DNA of 64,000 bases from Eukaryota sp. TZLM1-RC (GCA_040285825.1 JAUPSS010000002.1:372001-436000); one strand, 5' to 3'; counted from the first letter of the stretch, positions 12,702 through 26,628 are shown. Notes: generated by a model not told the origin, from the letters alone. Numbers and translations are program-made.

Positions 12702-13392
12702 CTACTGTGAAATTCTATCAAAACGCACTTCTGGCTTTTGACATTGAGGGCAAACAAACTTATCATGGTTCACCCTCCCATCATCGTGATACACCTTTTG
12801 ATTGAATACCTTACAGCAATTCGTTTTGGCAGATGTGTAGAATTCATCTCCATTAGGCTTCACATATGTAAAATGTTTCAAAATCTCCTTCAAAAAGCGC
12901 TTCCTTGGGGTTTTCACAGCTTGTCTTGATGGCCCATCACCTCCACTGCCAAACCAAATTATGGTTTCTCTTCCATTAGCCATTAGTTTAATTTTTTCAA
13001 TTAATCCCATTATCCTTTTGCCTTCTTATTAAGAAATCAAACTTGTTGCGGCGCAGGGCTCGGCGATCTCCATTCCTCAGCAGTTTGTCTAGTATAGTTC
13101 TCGGACGGAAGTCGGGATTGCTGATTTCTTCCTGTGTCGGTACCCACATCAAAGGCGTTGCTATTTCATACAAATATTCCCGGAAATTCTGTACGAAATA
13201 GCAATTTGGTGATGCATGGGTCATGACAGGCGGTTGAATAATATTCTTTGCCTTTGGATTTAAAACAAGGCCCGAAAGTTGATGGTTCACATTATTATCA
13301 TCCATTCTTGATCCAATTGAATACCCACACAAATTGTTGTGGTTAAGATCAATTGCACAAAATGAATATTCAATTGGATCAACTGGAGGATG
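12702..13392 (-). mobile_element. Fanzor family B, truncated and internally deleted copy with intact right end
   Basis: RuvC-I FCAIDLNHN, IIWFGSGG, GDEFYTSAKTNCC and CPQCQ; near-identical to 25320-27010; deletion joins CPQCQ to the terminal hairpin; ends agaatttcacagtag. Confidence 0.85.
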
Positions 13393-13537
13393 CTTGGAAT
13401 TCACCTTTCCGTTTCCTGGTAGTGCGAGGACCAAGGGTACTCCAATATGATTGGTATGCCTCAGTGCTTTTGACGTCAGCAACTGGGACAGACGATGTCT
13501 CGCCGTCATACCAAACTGCGGTGCAATAAGGAACTTT

Positions 13538-15612
13538 TGATAATTGATAAAAAGACAATTGATGGTGCTTCTTCTGCTGCTCTTTCGTCGGATGTGTTTT
13601 TTAATTCTAGTGATTCTAATTACATCTTCAATTTAGATTTTAAGAATGCTTTCAATTCTGTATCTCGTTCTTCCATTTTACCTTTGCTGCAAAAGCATTT
13701 TCCTGAAGTTGAGTCTTTTTTCTATTCATTTTATGGAAAATCATCCACATTGGTCTATGAAAACTTTGACCTGCTTTCGTCTTCAGGTGTTAAACAAGGT
13801 TATCCACTTGGTCCTTTTTTCTTTTGTCTGGCAATTCATCCATTAATGTGCGAATTGAAAGAAAAATTCCCAGAAATAGATATTGTAGCATATATGGATG
13901 ACTTTTCTGTAATTGCTCCTATTACAATTCTGAAACAAATAGCAACTTTTATCCAACAGCGTTATGAAGATATTGGTCTCTCATTGAATATCTCCAAATA
14001 TTTGATTATTGGCCGTGAACCAATTGATTTTTTTCATTAATGATGTCAATGTCCCCTTTATCAATTTTGATCAGTCTGGTTTTCGTTTTTTGGGTTGTTA
14101 TCTCGGAAATATTGATGAAGTCAAAAGCCAACTTTCGACTCTGTTGACTCAATTTGGAAATGAATTAGAATCAATAGAAAATTTAAATATTGAGAAACAT
14201 TTGAAATTCTTTTTCCTAAAAATCTGTTATTCTGGAAAATTTACTCATATTTTGAGATCAACATCACCATCAATTTCTTTGGAGTTTTGTCGCATTTTTA
14301 ATGAACAAAGAACCAATTGTTTAGCAAAATTATTGGAAATTGATGCATCTCAGTTACGAAGCCACATTTTTTGTGGTACAAATTTTGGTGGTGTTGATTT
14401 TCATAAATCAAGCTACCTTTGTAAAGCTGCCTTTATTGGAGGTGGAAAGAATTTTATTTATGAATTTGTGAATCGTTTTCCTGAAAAAATTCATCTCATT
14501 GAAAATTGTGGCAGCTCTTATCTTATTTCATTGCAACAGGAAATTGAAACTCTTTCACCCAATATTTGGGCTAAATGTTTCCCCTCTGATATTGTGGAAC
14601 TTCCTTCAAGAAGCTTGCTCTCCTTACCACTGGCTTTTGCAAAATTGCAGAAAAAAATCTTGAAAGTTTTAGAAAACTTGGATTATATTGTACGTCTTAG
14701 CTTGGCTAAGGAAAAAAATCCCGTTTTTGCAAACTTTTTGATTGATCTTGAAGACAGTTGCTCAAGTTGCCTAATCTCCCAAATTCCCAACATTTATGGC
14801 CTTCTACTTAATGATCACCAATGGACCACTGCAATGAGAATGAGATGTTTTCTGTGGCCTTGTTCATTACCAAATGATTTAATTTGTCGCTGCAAGAGTG
14901 TTGTTACGCTTTCCCATATTTTAAACTGTAAGTATTTTATAACTTATCGCTCACTTGTTCATGACTCAGTTCGTGATCAATTATATGCCATGTGCAAAAG
15001 TTTCAATATAGAGGCATTTATTGAGCCACTAGTACGTAAGCTGTCTTCAGATCAAACTGATGATTCCTTTGGTAAAAGAAGGGCAGATTTAGTAGCTCCA
15101 GGGATCGATGGTGTTCTCAATGTTGTAGACGTTGTCTCAGTGGATGTTTGCAAAAATTCTGCTGCTCGTTTAGTGTATTCCGCTGATTCGCCGTTATCTA
15201 ACGCCGAAAAAAAGAAGATAAAAAAATATGAAGAACCTTTGGCACAGTTAGGTAGAGTGGAACATGTGAAATATCAGTTTGTGCCGTTTGCAATTTCTCT
15301 TTTTGGCAATATTGGACCTTCAGGGTTGCACTTTATTGAAAATTTCAGAAAAGTGTTACTGAATAGGTCTGGTAAAACAATGAACTCCACTTTCTGGTTA
15401 AATAGAATTGTTTTTTGCATTTTCAAGTCTATTCCAACAATGATTTCAAAGGCACTTTTAGCTATTGGTGTAGAATATGAACGTAATGCTGTGAGTAGGT
15501 TCAGTAATAGTGACGCTTGTTTGGAGGATATTGAATTCTAGATGGGTTTTTTATCTCAATAATTATTCCAGTTTTAAAAATAAATAAATAAAATGCAAAA
15601 AAAAGATTTTTT
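13538..15612 (+). mobile_element. RLE-type non-LTR retrotransposon, family B (RT + RLE, 5'-truncated, one frameshift)
   Basis: DFKNAFNS, GVKQGYPLGP, YMDD, CRC..HILNC, RADL..D..KIKKY; A-tail; 12-bp TSD ATAAGGAACTTT at 13526-13537 and 15613-15624. Confidence 0.93.
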
Positions 15613-15711
15613 ATAAGGAACTTTATTGTTATTCGAGTCTACAAAATCGAAGTGATCTATAATCTTCAAAATTACAGATTCTTCCATATTACCAGTAGCA
15701 ACGTTCTTATG

Positions 15712-16760
15712 TCAATCAATTTTTTCATTAGGGAAGTCAGAGAGGTATAGTTTACAATGATTAGTACTAGCCATCAACATCGAACCAGTGACAAGATTTT
15801 TGAGTAATAAACTCTTATTGGTTTTCACTTCTTCAATAAGAAAAGGGTCAGTGAAACAACCATGGAGTTCACCATTAGTCTTTAACCGCAAAACTAAATC
15901 ACCTTTATTAACAGGGTTCCGATGTTTGCTAACTTCAGGATGTTGTTGAGCTTGTCTGAGCTTTGCCTCTTCTCTCTTCTTTGAAATTCTTTCCAGTTTT
16001 GCTCCAAGATCTTGAACAAAGGGAATATTAACATTAGCTGATTTTAACAGTTCAAACATATTACTAGGATCAACTCTAGGGCTGTGGTCGCTACCAAACA
16101 TTAAATTGTAGGGCGAATGACCAGTAACTCTACTAATAGTTGAATTGATTTGAAGTTGTACAATTGGGATATATTCACTCCAATTGCTATAATCGCCATA
16201 GTCCACCAAAATCTTTCTTAGACTTTGTAAAATGTCTCTGTGTCGTCTTTCTACTAAACCATTGCTTTGTGAAAAGCTAGTTAGTGAACGACTTACTTCA
16301 ATGTTTAATAAATCGCATAACCCTTTGAATATGGCATTTGCAAATTCAATACCATTGTCACTATGAATCAACAGTGGGATACCAAAAATTGATACTACAC
16401 TCCATAGCAGGTGATTGGTTGCCTCCACTGCATTTAATTCCTTTGCAGGGCAAATGATCGTATACCTAGTGAACGAATCTACAAAAACTATTAAATATTT
16501 GAATCCATTATCATCTTGTTGTTATGGTCCAATAGTGTCTGCGTTTAATCGTGCAAAAGGTCGATCAGCCCAAAGAGAGCCAGATGATTCAATGACATTT
16601 TTAGGCACATGTGCCGTCTTTTGACATGCTGGACATCTCTTAATGTGATTAATCGTGTCTTTGCGCATGTCGGGCCAAAAGTAGTCACTATTGAGTAATT
16701 TCTTTACGCTAGTCGTCACACTAGGATGGCCAACATCTGCATGTCCATGAATGATAGTTA
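15712..16760 (-). pseudogene. Gypsy integrase (HHCC zinc finger + rve core)
   Basis: GHP..YFWPDMRKD..CPACQK, PFARLNADTIGP, HSDNGIEFAN, SNGLVERRHR; in-frame stop. Confidence 0.9.
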
Positions 16761-16783
16761 AAGTCTGCTTCCTTAAACTATCT

Positions 16784-18378
16784 TGTTGCCTTAGGTTGCA
16801 AAAGTGGTTGAGATAGAGATGATTGACATAAAGTGCATGACATAAAGTTGATTTATTTTGCCCTTATTCTATTTAAGCCTAAAGGCGCCAACACTACTTC
16901 TTCCCTTTTTCAAAATTAATTAACTTTAAACTAATAACTAAACTATAAATATACAAAATACTAATAACTAAATTCTAATGTTTCCTGATGTCTACTATTA
17001 TTTTCTCACGTCTTACTTCTTGATAGTTGATGTATTATATTCCTTTAACAATAATGTAGAATAAAGGAGTGAGCAATAACGTAAAAGAACTGGTTCCAAG
17101 ATCCATGTGTTAGAATACTTTGTTGTATTAGCTTTAGTCGTTACATAATGACGTTCTGCTTTTTCCTTTTTTCGTAGACGAGTAACGTGGTAGTGTCGTT
17201 TAGTAAAGTTATTATGGAATCGAATAATGGATTCGCTAATAAATATGCAGGGTCTATGATGGACTGAAAACAACAGTAAACAAAGTAACAAAGTTCAAAA
17301 ATCTGAAAAAGGCATCATTTGTTGTTAAAGTACTGCCTATCTACAAAAATTGTTAAAGTGGGAGGGTTAAAATACATCGTCGTTCCCATTCGCTGGAAGA
17401 GGTGAGCTCGATGACTGTACCTGTATCCCATTACTTAACCTTGACTTTTTTTTAAAAAGGAAGGGGGGAGGGAGCAACTTCCGTATATCTGCCCTTGTGA
17501 TTCATTATTGTTGGAGGTGGAGTTTGTAATCGTAACCTCGTACATTGAGTGGGGGAGGAGGATTCTACACTAGAACCCTCGTAACCCGGTTTTTTTGTTG
17601 TCGTTTTGATGGAGGAGGGGTCTATACCCGTAGCCTCATTTCCAGTGTTTGAAATCCAACGTTTCTACCTCTCTTTTGGATTTGCTTCCATAAAGAAGGA
17701 AGCTGCTCAAGCAAACAGTAATCTGTAGGTTCAAGGTGGGCTTCCGCGTCCTTCATTATCTGTTGGCGAAGCTCTTTCTCTTCGTCGTCCATTTCTTCTA
17801 AGACGGACTGAAGTTCTTCGTAGTCCTTTAGAGCAGACGAAGTATCTGAGCTTAACCCAACATTTTCTTTAGGTGAGGAGGGGGGTGGTCCCGTTCCTGA
17901 AACCTTATCTGGTTTGTTGGACATGGAAGAGGCAGGAGGTGGTTCCGTGCCTGGTTCCATTGTTTTTGATTTGGAAGAGGCGGGAGGTGGTTCCGTGCCT
18001 GGTTCCATATCTTTCTCATGAGGAGGGGCGGAGGATGGTCTCGAGCCCGAGTCCTCTTCTTTATTTGACTCTTCAGTCCCTGCTGTTGTTCTATATATGC
18101 TCAAAGCATCTCTGTCGTACTGTTGCATCTGTCTAATGTAAAAAATTTGGCTGGAGTCAGTGTCCTGGCGAGGAGAGACTGACATGATATCCGCTGAAGA
18201 TATCCTCTGTTTGATAGCTGTGAGTTGTGTGAACGGTATACCTATAACCTAATACGGCCAATAATTATTGTTGCCTTAGGTTGCAAAAGTGGTTGAGATA
18301 AAGATGATTGACATAAAGTGCATGACATAAAGTTGATTTATTTTGCCCTTATTCTATTTAAGCCTAAAGGCGCCAACA
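16784..18378 (-). mobile_element. Non-autonomous LTR element inserted in the integrase
   Basis: 110-bp LTRs 16784-16893 and 18269-18378 (one mismatch seen), TSD ATCT, PPT aaaaagggaagaagtag; 187-aa ORF 17622-18185 with MEPGTEPPPASS repeats. Confidence 0.93.
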
Positions 18379-18504
18379 ATCTGGGATAACAATCTTCCCA
18401 CGATTGTTGGTATACAATTGAATATCTGAATTATAATTGTAATCTTTATAATAATTAGGATTTGAATCAACATCTATAAGTTGTTCTTGCCTAATCTTTG
18501 AGAT

Positions 18505-20625
18505 TCAAGTGTCAAATAAATCAAATTTAGTGTCCTCAACTGCTTCTTTCAGTGCAGATAAGCTATTGATTGTGGGTAGCTCAATTGTGGACGGTTGAGT
18601 AATATCATCCCTTAACAAATTAACTCTAGTTAATAAATTTAAATGGGGTAATTGTTCTTCAACACTGTGAGGTGCCAAGTTTCTCACTTGTTGGACTCGA
18701 GGAGTTTTGGGTTTGGTATCAACCAATCTAGACAACATGTCTGCCCAATAATTCTCCTCGCCTGCAGTGTGGACTACATCATAATTGAATTCTGACAATA
18801 TTGGTAGCCACCTCTTCACAATTCTGTTCTTTTCAGGAGCTGATATGAGGTATGCTAAATTTCTATGATCAGTGAAAATAGTTAATTTCCTCGAAATTAA
18901 ATAATTTTCTAAACTACTGTCAGTGAGAATTAGTAAAATTGCATACAACTCTTTCTGAAGTACAGACCATGTCTTTTGTGAAGTTGATAATAATTTGCTA
19001 AAGAAGGCAATAGGTAAAACCTTTCTCTTAATTAGCGGAGTCGTAGGATCTTTAGGTGGGTTAGTTTCTTCCCATATTACTCCACCTACAGCCACATCAG
19101 ACGCGTCAGCACTTATTAAAATATGCTTGTCTTCTGAGGGCAATTCAAGAGGGATATTTGTTTTAATGAGATTTATAATCTTATCAAAAGCCTCGTCATG
19201 ATCAGAAGTCCATTTGATTTTTGACGGTTTGTTTCTGGTTAAATTGTTGTTTGGTTCTATCAAATCAGACAAGTTTGGCAACCAGTCACGTATACAGTTA
19301 AATGAACCTATAAAACTCCTAACTGAAGGCAATGTCCTTGGTTTGGGTAGGTTAAATAAGCCTTCAATCTTTGCATCATCAATATTACGGGTTTTATTTA
19401 AAAATATACTACCTAAAATTTTATTTCATGATTACAAGTGGTAAAGTGCCACTTGGATAGGCCAAGGTTAACTCTAAAACGTTTGGCGGGTTCTAGAACC
19501 GAACCTACTCTAGACGAAACTTCATTCAAGGTCGAAGCTACTATTATAATATCATCGATATATATAAATGCAATCAAATATTTCCATCATAATGTTTGAA
19601 AACATTGCATGAACGTTCTTTAATCCAAAACAAGCCCTTTTAAAACTGATCGACATCCCGGGAATTGATACGGTAGTTTATTCAATATCCCCTTTTGCTA
19701 TTTTGAGCTGCCAAAATGCCTTAGGTAAATATAGAGTTGCCATATAATTACTATTTATAGCCATTCATTAATGGTAGAGTTGCTATATAATTAGTTTTAC
19801 TTAGAAACTCCAAAATGTCGCTAATCCTGGGCAAATTTGCCACTACAGGTTTAGTTAAATTATTGATTCCACTTATACCACTCAAACGCCGGTTAATCTT
19901 GGTTTTCTGTGATCAGAGTAAATTACGAGACAAATGGGACTACTGAATTGAGACTTTGCGGGCACAGCAAAACCATTACGGATCAATTCGTTAAAAATTT
20001 CCTCGGCTACCCGTTGTTTTTCTGGGTTTAATCTTCGAGGTTTCCATTTGACGACCTTACTTTCGTCATAAAATGAAATGGTCATCGGCTGACAATCAAT
20101 TCCATCCGGGTGAGGTAGCTCACTAAATACATCTCTGTATTTTTCGAGTAGCACGACTGGGCGTTCCTCATCCCTAATGTCGTCCAGGCATATTCTACAG
20201 CCCAACTTATCTAAATTATGTCTGAATGTGAAATGCCCAAAATCATTAGCTAAGTCTGATTTATTACTCAATTCTTCTATGAATCTAATTGGTTGACAGA
20301 TTCTATTATCAAACTCACATTCAGCATTTAAGATGGTGCGGTGTTCGCGATCCAAATTAATATTGAAACCGTGCTCCGTGCGTAACCCCAAGGTTTGTAA
20401 TAAGTCTCGTTCGATCAACAAATTGTTGGTGTAACAGGTATGATTTAAAATTCGATTCCAAAAAAATACTTGAGTAATCAAGCTACTCACATTTACAGCG
20501 AGAACACCACTTGCACATCCTAGGGTCGTGGAGCCAATGCCATTTGCCGATGAGTATTCGACGGTTTTATTGTCATTAATTATCTTATTACATTTTAAGC
20601 ATACCTGGGCATGACTTCTTGACAA
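18505..20625 (-). pseudogene. Gypsy protease/RT/RNase H region (frameshifted)
   Basis: ORFs 19882-20625 and 18505-19332; VRSFIG, DASD, TDH and NYWADMLSR motifs. Confidence 0.88.
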
Positions 20626-20634
20626 TCAACACTT

Positions 20635-20979
20635 CTGTCATGGTGTCATGACAAATTGAATTTTTTGTACAAAACATACACGTTAAATCAACAAAGACAC
20701 ATTAATTCATCAACTTCATGTAGTCAACTGTGAACACAACAACACTCACTGAGGGCTTCAAACTACACGTCTTTCAAAACTGTACACATTCGGCATGGAT
20801 CCTCGTCTTTGAAACTTATGCAGACGAAAAAGAAGAGAGTTTGATTGTTTGCAGAAGTTGTGTTGTTTGTTTAATTTAGTTTGATTCAAATAAAACAAAA
20901 TAAATTTAATTAAAGATAAATACAATAACGTTGTTTCAAGTACAGTGTTATGTCTGTCATAACAGTCATGTCATGACAG
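20635..20979. mobile_element. Possible MITE inserted in the Gypsy pol region
   Basis: Terminal inverted CTGTCATG/CATGACAG with repeated tgtcat(g)/catgac units at both ends; no TSD seen. Confidence 0.4.
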
Positions 20980-23051
20980 ATAAGAGTAGTTTTCATGTCC
21001 AGGTATGATTTTAAGGCTAAATTCATTGACAATGCTGAAAATGCAGCTCCATTATTATTTTCGCCTTGTACTTTCACGTTATTTATAGTGCAAGTTAATC
21101 AGAGTTCCCCGTTAGAATTGCTTGCATACTTGATACCCTGGAAAGTATTACGCTGTGGATAGAACCTACTGGACTGAAGGACTCTCTAAATCTCTTTAAT
21201 GGATTTAGGTGTTTGCAAACCAAATCAGTTTTGCTTATATCAAATATGGTAGTGATTGTGTTTTGTGTAAGGTTGTCGTTATTTAAAGATGTGTTGTTAC
21301 TCATCTGGTTTATTTGCACTACGCTTACTATCGTGTTTTTCACCTACCTGACGCTTTTTTCCACTGCTTCAAAGCATTTTTCCTCGGAATGTTTATAAGT
21401 TTTACATAGCCTACACCATTGATCGGACAATTTGGGTCGACCACTTCTAAAACTATTTTTGGAGCTGTTAAAAGAACCGTGTGACAGGCTTTATGCTTTT
21501 TGCGCAGGGGTTTGTATACCAAAAACTGTTCTAATTAGGGTTCTTCCTGCACAGGGATAGTTTGAGCTGGTGATCTCATATTTAGCCAGTCCGGTGCATC
21601 TTTGGATCCACTAAAGACTCCTGCTAATTTGTGATCATATTAAAGGCAACTTTTCTTCATTAAGACATTCTCAGGAACATTTTGGTCGGGTCAGTTATCA
21701 ACACATGGCTTAAGTTTTGCCATCCATGCATCAAAATAAACTAATTGCAACTTGTTAGGGCCGACACGTTGTTCTTTCAATTCGATTACCATTGTACCTA
21801 TTTCTCTAACATAGGATTCTTTGGAATGAAATTGAAGAGAGTCGCCTCGAGATTCATCGAATCTACCCCCAACATTGACAAAATTTTTGCACTGGAGTTT
21901 TTTGGGTGAAAATTGCACTAAAAATGCCTTACCACACCTCTAAGGTTTTTACCTTACTGGTTATGTGGATACATTTTGGCTATTCAAAATAACCTATTGT
22001 AGGGTTCTTGATTGCCATTATAATGAATTTCGTGGTCATCAATTGCATTCCTATTCCATTTGGCAAGTTTGGAAGTAGCAGCTTGATATTTTGAACGAGG
22101 AGCACTAAAATAGCAAGCTTCGAGTGCATCCATCTCGCAGGAGACCGCCGAATCAGTTGAATCATCTTACTTCTTTAAGAGTATAGAACTGTGATCGTAA
22201 CTCTCATAAGCGACATCGTCACGTGTTTTGCTGTGGGCTTTTCCAAAAAGGATGGGCCAGCGTTTTGCTAAATAGTCGCACCTGGCCTTTTCACATTCGG
22301 CTGGATCTACGTCTTTTCGAAAAACGTTCCGCGTCTTTCTCAGCCATTTGAAATAACTCATCGTCGTTTCAATCCATTGTATTATCGGGAGGACTGGCGA
22401 TGAGGTCCAATAAAAAATCCCTGGTCAAAGCCTCAACTGTCATCGCTGATTTTCTTCGGCAGAACCCTTGGGTGATTCTTTTCGTAGAAGCACAAAACGG
22501 AGTTGAATTGGAAGGTTTAATTCGACGAGGAAGTTCATCGTCACTTTCGTCCCCTTTTCTGCTGTTATCTAGATTTTGGGTTCCTTGGGTAACAATTTGA
22601 GGTCCCCTACTGGAGTTAGTCTCAGAAGTAGATGGCGAGGGAGTCTTATGGGAAGATTCAGTCTTGAACTGTTGTTAATCTCCTTCGCCCTCTGTTAATT
22701 CCGTGGAATGGTTAAAATACGCTGACAAACCATACTTAAATAGTTCGCTCGGAGTAAGAAAACTCTTCGTGTTAGGAAGGATTCCCAAAGAAGTGTATGG
22801 GTACGGGTCTACTGGAGTATCCTCTTCAGGATGACTGTCTCCTTGTCAGAGAAATAACTTCCTTTTTAAGAGGTAAGGCTCTTTTCAGCGGGGAGCTCAC
22901 TCTTCATTGGAGGACTCTGCTTATGAAAAGGATTACTCTTCCTGACGGAAGGACTTTTACCAGAGGAAGGATTACTCTTCTTTGCAGGAGGACTACTCTT
23001 CCGTATGGAAGGATCACTGTTAATGCCATGCCCGTAGAAGCCATTAATTAA

Positions 23052-23186
23052 TAATGCTGTAAGGTTAGACATTTATACAGATAAGGAATAAGATATTTAT
23101 TAAATTTCACCGGCCCCTATAAAAGTCATCACTAGTAAAGTATGTACGATGATAAATGTAGTAGATTAATTGTTGACAGTACAACA
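23052..23186 (-). repeat. 5' LTR (same family as 198-333 and 4146-4284)
   Basis: atgctgtaaggttagacat...cagtacaaca. Confidence 0.8.
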
Positions 23187-23840
23187 TTTGTTAATTTGCA
23201 AACATTTTATTATTTTTAGAAGCAAGGTTCACGATGCTGTAAGAAACCAATTATATTGTATGTGTGAGTCTCATAGAATTGAATCCTTTATGGAACCTCT
23301 GTTGCCAAATCTGTTTGATGCAGAAGCTGATTCTCATAAGAATAATAGAGCTGATGTCATATTACCTGGATTAGATGGAACCTTCATTTTATTGAATGTA
23401 ATGTCTGTTGATGCTTTTTATGCCTCAAATGAAGGGCTTGCTAATTCTGAAATTCATAATCTTCTCTCAAATGCTGAGAATTTCAAAATCAAAAAATGCA
23501 ATGAACCTTTGTCCAAATCGTCCAGCCAACAGCATGCGAAAACCAATTTGTATCTAATTGTATTTTCTCTATTTGGTTCACTTGCTCCCACTGCCACACG
23601 TTTTTTGGCAGATTTTGAAAAGATTGTGAAGAAACGAACAGAAATTTCGACAGATTGTTTTGGCAAAATAGAATTGTGTTTTCTATTCTTAAAGGAATGC
23701 TAAAGATAATTTCAAATGCTTTGCTTTTTTTTGAATTTCACTATGAGAAAGTTGCATCTGGTTGTTTTGTTTTGAGAGAGAAGGATTATTCAGATGTTGA
23801 TTTATAAGTTTTCTAATAAATAATTATAATTTAAAAAAAA
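23187..23840 (+). pseudogene. Non-LTR family A 3' fragment (RLE)
   Basis: Homologous to 8585-9200, frameshifted, A-tail. Confidence 0.85.
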
Positions 23841-25696
23841 GACTTATTTCTATTTACATTAATGCATTGAATCACAATATTATTTTTGAGTAGCTTAATT
23901 GTTGTAATACCAATAAAATAAATTTAATTTATAGCATTTGGAAAATGAGATCCAAAAAGGTAAAAACAAATCTTGAAAACAAAATGACACTACTGGGAAA
24001 ACAACATTTAAATAAATGAGGAATGTGACAATCTGATCTTTTGTTAATGAGAGGTTGTTGCAAAGTTGTTGCAATGGGTCTTCTTAAAGGATTACCCTTC
24101 TCAGGAATTAATGAAAATGATTTAGAAAGATTTTTCTCAAAGAAATTAATAAACACTTTTCAAATAAAAAGTCCGTGATTAATACTTGGCTTCACCAGAA
24201 AAACCTTAAAAATAGATTTATCACATAAATAAATTTTTTTGGAAAGCGGACTTCGTCATTGCTGTCACTACGAAGGTGGGGAAAGATTCACCTTCATTAA
24301 ATTGTTGTTTACCACTTTTGTGGCATTGGGGTTCTGTAAATTTACAAGAGAATTGACAAGTCTGGTAGTTCTAGAGACAATGCCGTTATTACCCGTTGAT
24401 AACTCAGCTTGCTTCACTTTTTTTACGGAAATGATGTCTGAAAGTACTAGCTTGTTCCCTCGGGACAATCAAACTAAGAAAAATAGTGAGAACAACTACC
24501 CATGGAGAAATAGAAAAATCTATCTATTGTTCAGAATTAAAATCAACAAGTTCAGACGATGGAATGTTTCTCATCAACAGTAGACGAATAACTAAACCAC
24601 AAACAATAGCTGCAGTCACACCCAAGAAGTACAGTAACTGCATCTTGTTTTGTCAGGGGAAGTTGAGTGGCGACGAAGTGTAATGATAAGCAAAATTGGC
24701 GACAACAACAATTAGACCATTTTGCATTCGATTAACAACGATTTTCTGCCTTGATGTAATGACGATTCATCTAACTTTAGCACCCAATACTGAGAAAATC
24801 GAATATTACCTGCAAGTAGGTGACCTTGCTAGGATCCAAGACCTTTTGAAAGAAACGGACCTTCAACTGAACACTGCAACAATGACCTTTTTCTTCTCCG
24901 CCGGCCTCCGTATTTTGTCCTTTTTCGAGAATATGGCGGGTGAAACAATGGAAAAACATGCTCTGGCTCCCTCCGCAAGTTAATTTCCTGGCTTTATATC
25001 ATTCAGCCAGCAATTGGAAATACACTTTTTACGATTGAACCCAGACCAACAACTTCGGGGGAACCCATTCAAACATTCAATAAAAGGACTTTTCCACATA
25101 AACCCTTGCATCGGATGGTTTATCAGTCAAGGTAATCTAAAAAGACAACCCCCAAGAAAACCAAAAATCTTCACACAACCAGAAAAATCGCAACCGCCAG
25201 AACCAGTGGAGAACACGATATGCCTACCAAGAGTCCAAAGCGAAAGTCTAGACTTCAATGACAAATTCATCCTAGGCAACATTGGAGAACTGATGACCCT
25301 ATTAGCCTTCTGCCGTTGATGTAATTGAATACTCATTTTGTGCAATTGATCCTAACCACAATCAAAATCGTGTGGTTATTCAATTGAAACAAGAATAGAA
25401 TAACAAGAATGTTGACCATCAACTTTCGGAGCTTGTTCTAAATGCAAAGGCAAAGAAAAATATTCACCCACCCGTCTTGACCCACGCATCACCAAACTGC
25501 TATTTCGTACAGAATTTCCATGCATATCTGTATAGAATAGCAACGCTAATAGCATGGGTACCAACACATGAAGAAATCAAGAATCCCGACTTCCGTCCGA
25601 GAACTATACTGAACCAACTGCTGATAAATGGAAACCACCGAGCCCTGCGACGCAACAAGTTTGATTTTTTTATGAGAAGGCAAAAAACGAATAATG

Positions 25697-26628
25697 AGAA
25701 TTATCTTCATCTTACTGTTGTGAAATTACAGAAGTCTGTTTCAAATGGTTTTGAAGACCTGGATTTTTCTAACGACTTAGTGTGACTACAATAAATAATC
25801 CCGTCTTTGCTGCCTTTTTGTCAGACATCCAAAATTGCACTAGTTTAAGTTCTCAGCAACCAAGTCCATTTGGTGTTCACTTAGCAAATGAAGCTTGGAA
25901 ACAAAACAAGCGTTTGAGATTAGGGTTGTATCCAAGCGGACTTTTGGATAATTCTACTTGTATTTGCAATGAAAAACTGTAAGCCAATTTTCGTCATATT
26001 GAGAGTTGTAAGAAGTTTCTTCAATATTGGTCAGTTCTTCATAATGCTGTTCGTGATGTGACCTTCGAAATGTTCAAGTGTTACAATTTCAATTGCAAAG
26101 TAGAACCCTTGTTGAAGCATTATAGCGATAATAATTTGTTTGATTCTCGTCGTGGTGATTTAATTGCTCCTTTTGTGGATTCCTCTCAGGTTGTTGTTGA
26201 TTTTTTTACTGTTGATCCCTTTGCTTCAATTTATCGTGATGATGTCTTTGTTAGTTTTAGTGGCCACTTGGACAAGGCTGAGGTTTGTAAACGAGACAAA
26301 ATGATGAGTTATTGAATGATTTAAATCAGAACTTTTACTTAAAGTTTTTTTTGTTCCTATTGCCTCCTCGATTTTTGGTAGTCTGGCAGTCTGGTTTGAA
26401 TTTTCTCCATAATTTTGATATTCTTTGTCGTTTAAATGGTAAGAATTTTGCTGGGTATTTATGGAAGAATTGTGTCATTTTTGCTTTGTGTAGAAATGTT
26501 CCCAAGTATTTAAATTTAATGATGTCTAAGCTTTACAAGGATTCTTCAAGAGTTGATGTGGAGAATTTTGTTTCTTATGTGTTTTAGTTTGTTTTGTTTT
26601 GTAATTACGTAGTAAATAAAATTATCGA
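25697..26628 (+). mobile_element. Degenerate non-LTR retrotransposon 3' part (family D) inserted in the Fanzor ORF
   Basis: CIC..HI..C, HNAVRD, VEPLL, RRGDL..VDF RLE motifs; splits RRQK..|MGLIEK, which is contiguous near 13000; AATG duplicated at both junctions. Confidence 0.8.

Larger units (their letters stand above)
13393..23186 (-). mobile_element. Large degenerate Ty3/Gypsy element (gag-PR-RT-RNaseH-IN-chromo-like) with nested insertions; 3' LTR lost
   Basis: 5' LTR 23052-23186; RT motifs FSSPICL and AFIYIDD (~19550); RNase H ADASDVAVGG..KELYAI..FTDHRNL; integrase HSDNGIEF..SNGLVER. Confidence 0.85.

Noticed and set aside
12997-13509. 170-aa ORF as a real integrase-Fanzor fusion
   Set aside because: Its Gypsy-derived part is out of frame with the integrase and the junction is a deletion breakpoint near 13392.
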